A stretch of DNA of 64,000 nt from Selaginella moellendorffii (Eukaryota; Plantae; Lycopodiophyta), in assembly GCF_000143415.4 (NCBI RefSeq), contig NW_003314315.1:496001-560000 (forward strand), read 5' to 3'. Positions 60,841 through 64,000 of the stretch are shown piece after piece; position 1 is the first letter of the stretch; each line of letters begins with the position of its first letter. The notes beneath the pieces are model-generated. The model had not been told where the DNA came from. It worked only from the letters and a program-made list of their open reading frames with translations, and searched no databases. A program made the translations under genes and the position numbers.

Positions 60841-62757
60841 TTAGAGATTGGCACAAACGAATGAGTATGCTGCCGAGTTTTTAGCATTGGATCTAAGTGC
60901 CGATCTTGCAGCTTGTTTGGCGTTGTATTTGTCTCCATGGATTGTACATCCACTCAAGAGGCTCGTCCAGAGAACATCGTTACATTCCTTGGAGCAATCT
61001 CTCAAGCGTTTACTTGATAGGTCCAGATAATCTTTGATCACGTCAGTGATAAATCCTTCTCTTGCAAGCGTGTCGAAAACACACGCAAGGTGGAAAAGGT
61101 TTGGCTCTATCCCGTGATCCGGAGTCATGGATCGATAGAAACTCAAGGCCTCGCTCGGCAGTCCATGGTGGCAACACGAGAAGAGCAGTGCAACGAAAGT
61201 TACGTGGTTTGGATCGATTCCATCCAAGACCATGGCCGAGTAGAGCTCCAAAACGTCGTGATGGTGATGATGCTGGGCGCTAACGACCAGTATGGAAGTC
61301 CAGGTGATCTCGTTCTTCACGATCAAACTCTCAAAGATCGCTACAGCATCGTTCAAGCTTCCGCAGCTGCCATACATTGTCACAAGCGCAGTTCCAACCA
61401 TTGTGTCGGACACAAGCTTACTTTCTGCAACATGCCGGTGAATCGTTCTACCTTCTTCTATACAAGTGCAAGCTCGAAGAACGCACACGAAAGTGACGAG
61501 GTTTGGACGATAAGCCTCCAAGTTCATCAACCGGTACATTTGGAACGCAAGTGTACCATGGCCGTTTCGGGCATACGCTGCAATCAGTGCATTCCAAGAG
61601 ACTCGATCTTTTTCTAGATTATCATCAAACACCCGCCTTGCAGAGACAACATCTTCTAGCCTTCCGTACATTGTGATCAATGCATTTGAAACACGAATAG
61701 TTAAGAGATCATCCATAGAGATTCGCTGGTGCAGTGATCGTAAAGCTAAAACATCCGAGCAAGTCCCAGTTAACGTGGTGAACGTAACCTCATCTGGTTT
61801 TACACCTTCAAGCTCCATCGTGTGGAGCAAAACTTCACATTCCTTTATATGCCCCCTTTGGGCATATGCAGAAAGTATTACATTCCAAGTTACCACCGTC
61901 TTCAAGCTCATCCAGTCAAACACATTTTTAGAATCCTCTAAAAACCCAAGTTTTCCATACATGTTCATGAGAGAAGTCGCAAGAACAGCATTGGAAGCCA
62001 CAAAAAAGTCACACGATAGCATCAGCTTGTGCAAAGCCTTCCCGTGGTATATCACTTTCGCTTCTGGATCGCCCGAGAGGGCATCCAAGAGAAGAACAAA
62101 AGTGATAGAATCCGGTCTCACGCCTTCAAGCTGCATCCCTCGGAAGAGATCCAGCCCCTCTCGAACTGCGCCTGAGCGGCAAAACGCATCGATCATGGCG
62201 TTCCGCGAGAACGAGTTCTTGTGTTCCATATGTTGGAACACAATAAAGGCATCACGGACAGCCCCGCATTTGCCATACATGTTGATGAGCGCAGTGCCTA
62301 CCACAACATCTCGAAAGAAACGGCCTGTCAAGAAACTGGAATGGATCCAAGAGCCTGTTCTACAATCGCCCACCTGGGCACAGGAACCAAGCAAGGCAGT
62401 GAAAACGAAAGAATCCCTGGGCTTCAATCCTTCTAAGAGCATCCAATGGAAGAGCTCCACCGCCTCGGTGTGAAGTAGACCACCGTGAAGATCATCCGTG
62501 TATGCCGAGATTATCATCGTCCACGAGAACAAATTCTTGGAGGGCATCTTGTCAAACACTTCCCGGGCATCACTCAGGCTCCCACACTTGCAATACATGT
62601 CTATGAGATGGTTGTTTAGATACCTGTCTGATGCGAGCAGCGTGTTCGTGGCCAAAGCGGCGTGGAGTTGCTTCCCAGATTCTAGGAGCCGATTGTCTCG
62701 GCAGAGCCTCACCTCCTGAACATACTTCTCCACAGTATTCAACCAAGTATGGTTCAT
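60841..62757 (-). CDS. PLS-class PPR protein ending in a truncated E motif, intronless
   Basis: NHLIDMYCKCGSL, TALINMYGKCG, VSWNALIAAYARNG, LWTSLLSGC...AAYS. Confidence 0.88.
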   Translation of the reverse strand: MNHTWLNTVEKYVQEVRLCRDNRLLESGKQLHAALATNTLLASDRYLNNHLIDMYCKCGSLSDAREVFDKMPSKNLFSWTMIISAYTDDLHGGLLHTEAVELFHWMLLEGLKPRDSFVFTALLGSCAQVGDCRTGSWIHSSFLTGRFFRDVVVGTALINMYGKCGAVRDAFIVFQHMEHKNSFSRNAMIDAFCRSGAVREGLDLFRGMQLEGVRPDSITFVLLLDALSGDPEAKVIYHGKALHKLMLSCDFFVASNAVLATSLMNMYGKLGFLEDSKNVFDWMSLKTVVTWNVILSAYAQRGHIKECEVLLHTMELEGVKPDEVTFTTLTGTCSDVLALRSLHQRISMDDLLTIRVSNALITMYGRLEDVVSARRVFDDNLEKDRVSWNALIAAYARNGHGTLAFQMYRLMNLEAYRPNLVTFVCVLRACTCIEEGRTIHRHVAESKLVSDTMVGTALVTMYGSCGSLNDAVAIFESLIVKNEITWTSILVVSAQHHHHHDVLELYSAMVLDGIDPNHVTFVALLFSCCHHGLPSEALSFYRSMTPDHGIEPNLFHLACVFDTLAREGFITDVIKDYLDLSSKRLRDCSKECNDVLWTSLLSGCTIHGDKYNAKQAARSALRSNAKNSAAYSFVCANL

Positions 62758-64000
62758 GGGCAATGAGAAAACAAAATCTTAAGTGGTGCTTGTTAAAGAT
62801 TTTGGCCTAAAGCATTTCACTGTATGTTATCATTGGATGGAGCAAACCTCCCACATCATGATATGAATCGATCATCACGCTCCAAGACCTTGGGTTCCTA
62901 TATGGCATCCTTCAAAAAATCATCCTGGCCTTCCGCAAATATCCATTCCTGGCATTTTTCGTAATTGGTTTGGCCAGAAAGGACTTCTGGGCTGAAGGAA
63001 TCCTTACATGTCTGGGACCAATACACTCTTGAGTTGCCATTGTTATTGTCAGATGTGATGCTCGTGTGTTGGGCCGGATGCAGCAATCCTGGTATATTTC
63101 TTTCTCTCCAGCAGCATCCATTGTAGCAAGGAAAAATTAGAGCTTAACAACCCCATTTCCACTCTTTGGCCCAGTCGCCCACGAAGTTTAGCTCTCTAGC
63201 AGGTTCGCATGTAATAGTCTAGGATGGAAGGAACGGTTTCCACAGGCTATAATTTCCGACCCAAGCACATCCCAAACACTGGAAAATAATTTTCTTGGCC
63301 TATACAATTGAGATCAAAGCCGATAATCTGGTGCCAGCAAAGATGAAGTCACTAGTAGCATGAATACTTCATAACAAAAGCAATGGACGAAAAAGGAGAA
63401 GAACAAAAGCAGGATTGAAGACAACTCACCGGCTTGGTAGTACTTCTTGAGGCTGAGGGTGTTCCTCAGTCTTGGGAGCTGACTTTAATTTTATTCAAGG
63501 CAGCCATGTAAGAAGAGGGAGGGATCATCAGGTTGTTGGTGTAGTGTTGCAAGGGAACGCACACTCCAGATCACATAGAAATCAATCTTTGACTGGAATG
63601 CAAGAGAAAGTCTGCCCTAAAAATCTTTGAAGCAAACTTTTTGCTTAAAAGAAAAGTTTAAGAGGATAAAATCACAGCCAGAAATATTTCTAAAATATAT
63701 TAGGAATATCCATTACACCTTACAGTATAAAATTTTATTTATGAAAACTTGGGATGTTAATTACAACCTTTAAAAAATATTAACTACCCACATAAATAAC
63801 TACTTTGTAATATCCACCAAATAGTATTAGGATAATGTGCTAAAAAAATTACTATATTACAATTATCTTGAATAGTTAAGTATGAAGAAATTATGCATTT
63901 AGGTGAATTAGAACAGTATTTATTAGCTGCCCATAATACTTTTTTATTGTTATACAAAACAAGATTACCATCATTTTGAAGTTTTAATACACAAATATTA

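Noticed and set aside
61673-62473. 266-aa plus-strand ORF
   Set aside because: Antisense shadow of the PPR gene with no independent motif
62880-64000. Splice-like signals and short ORFs at the right edge
   Set aside because: In-frame stops and no recognisable product; the evidence is insufficient

Overview
Eukaryotic plant nuclear DNA, very gene-dense, with mostly ~45-65 nt GT-AG introns, PLS-class PPR genes and a flagellar radial-spoke gene. This points to a plant with motile sperm, most likely the lycophyte Selaginella (inference, not database-confirmed). Positions 1-31.8 kb hold a run of apparently intact genes: CYP450 (5' part), PPR, AlkB, a coiled-coil protein, MLO, ALA P4-ATPase, organellar MetRS, U1-70K, NADK2, an MDR reductase, RSPH4/6, BAP31-like and EGY1. 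Positions 32-56.4 kb are heavily rearranged. An orphan-gene/MED4/kinase/EGY/mago block is present as an inverted duplication, its right arm is split by two head-to-tail Helitrons (one with an intact 1460-aa Rep/helicase, one carrying captured gene pieces), and only one copy each of EGY1, mago, MED4 and the kinase remains intact. The last 7.5 kb hold PPR genes or pseudogenes and orphan ORFs. The most notable observations are: a second, diverged but intact NADK2 terminal exon (candidate alternative last exons); a U1-70K intron packed with 5'-splice-site decoys and stop-containing cassette exons; the Helitron CTAA|TC junction; a PPR with an acidic tail and hydrophobic C-terminus; and an orphan, possibly myristoylated beta-rich protein next to a pseudokinase. 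Gene names come from recognising motifs by eye; no searches were run.
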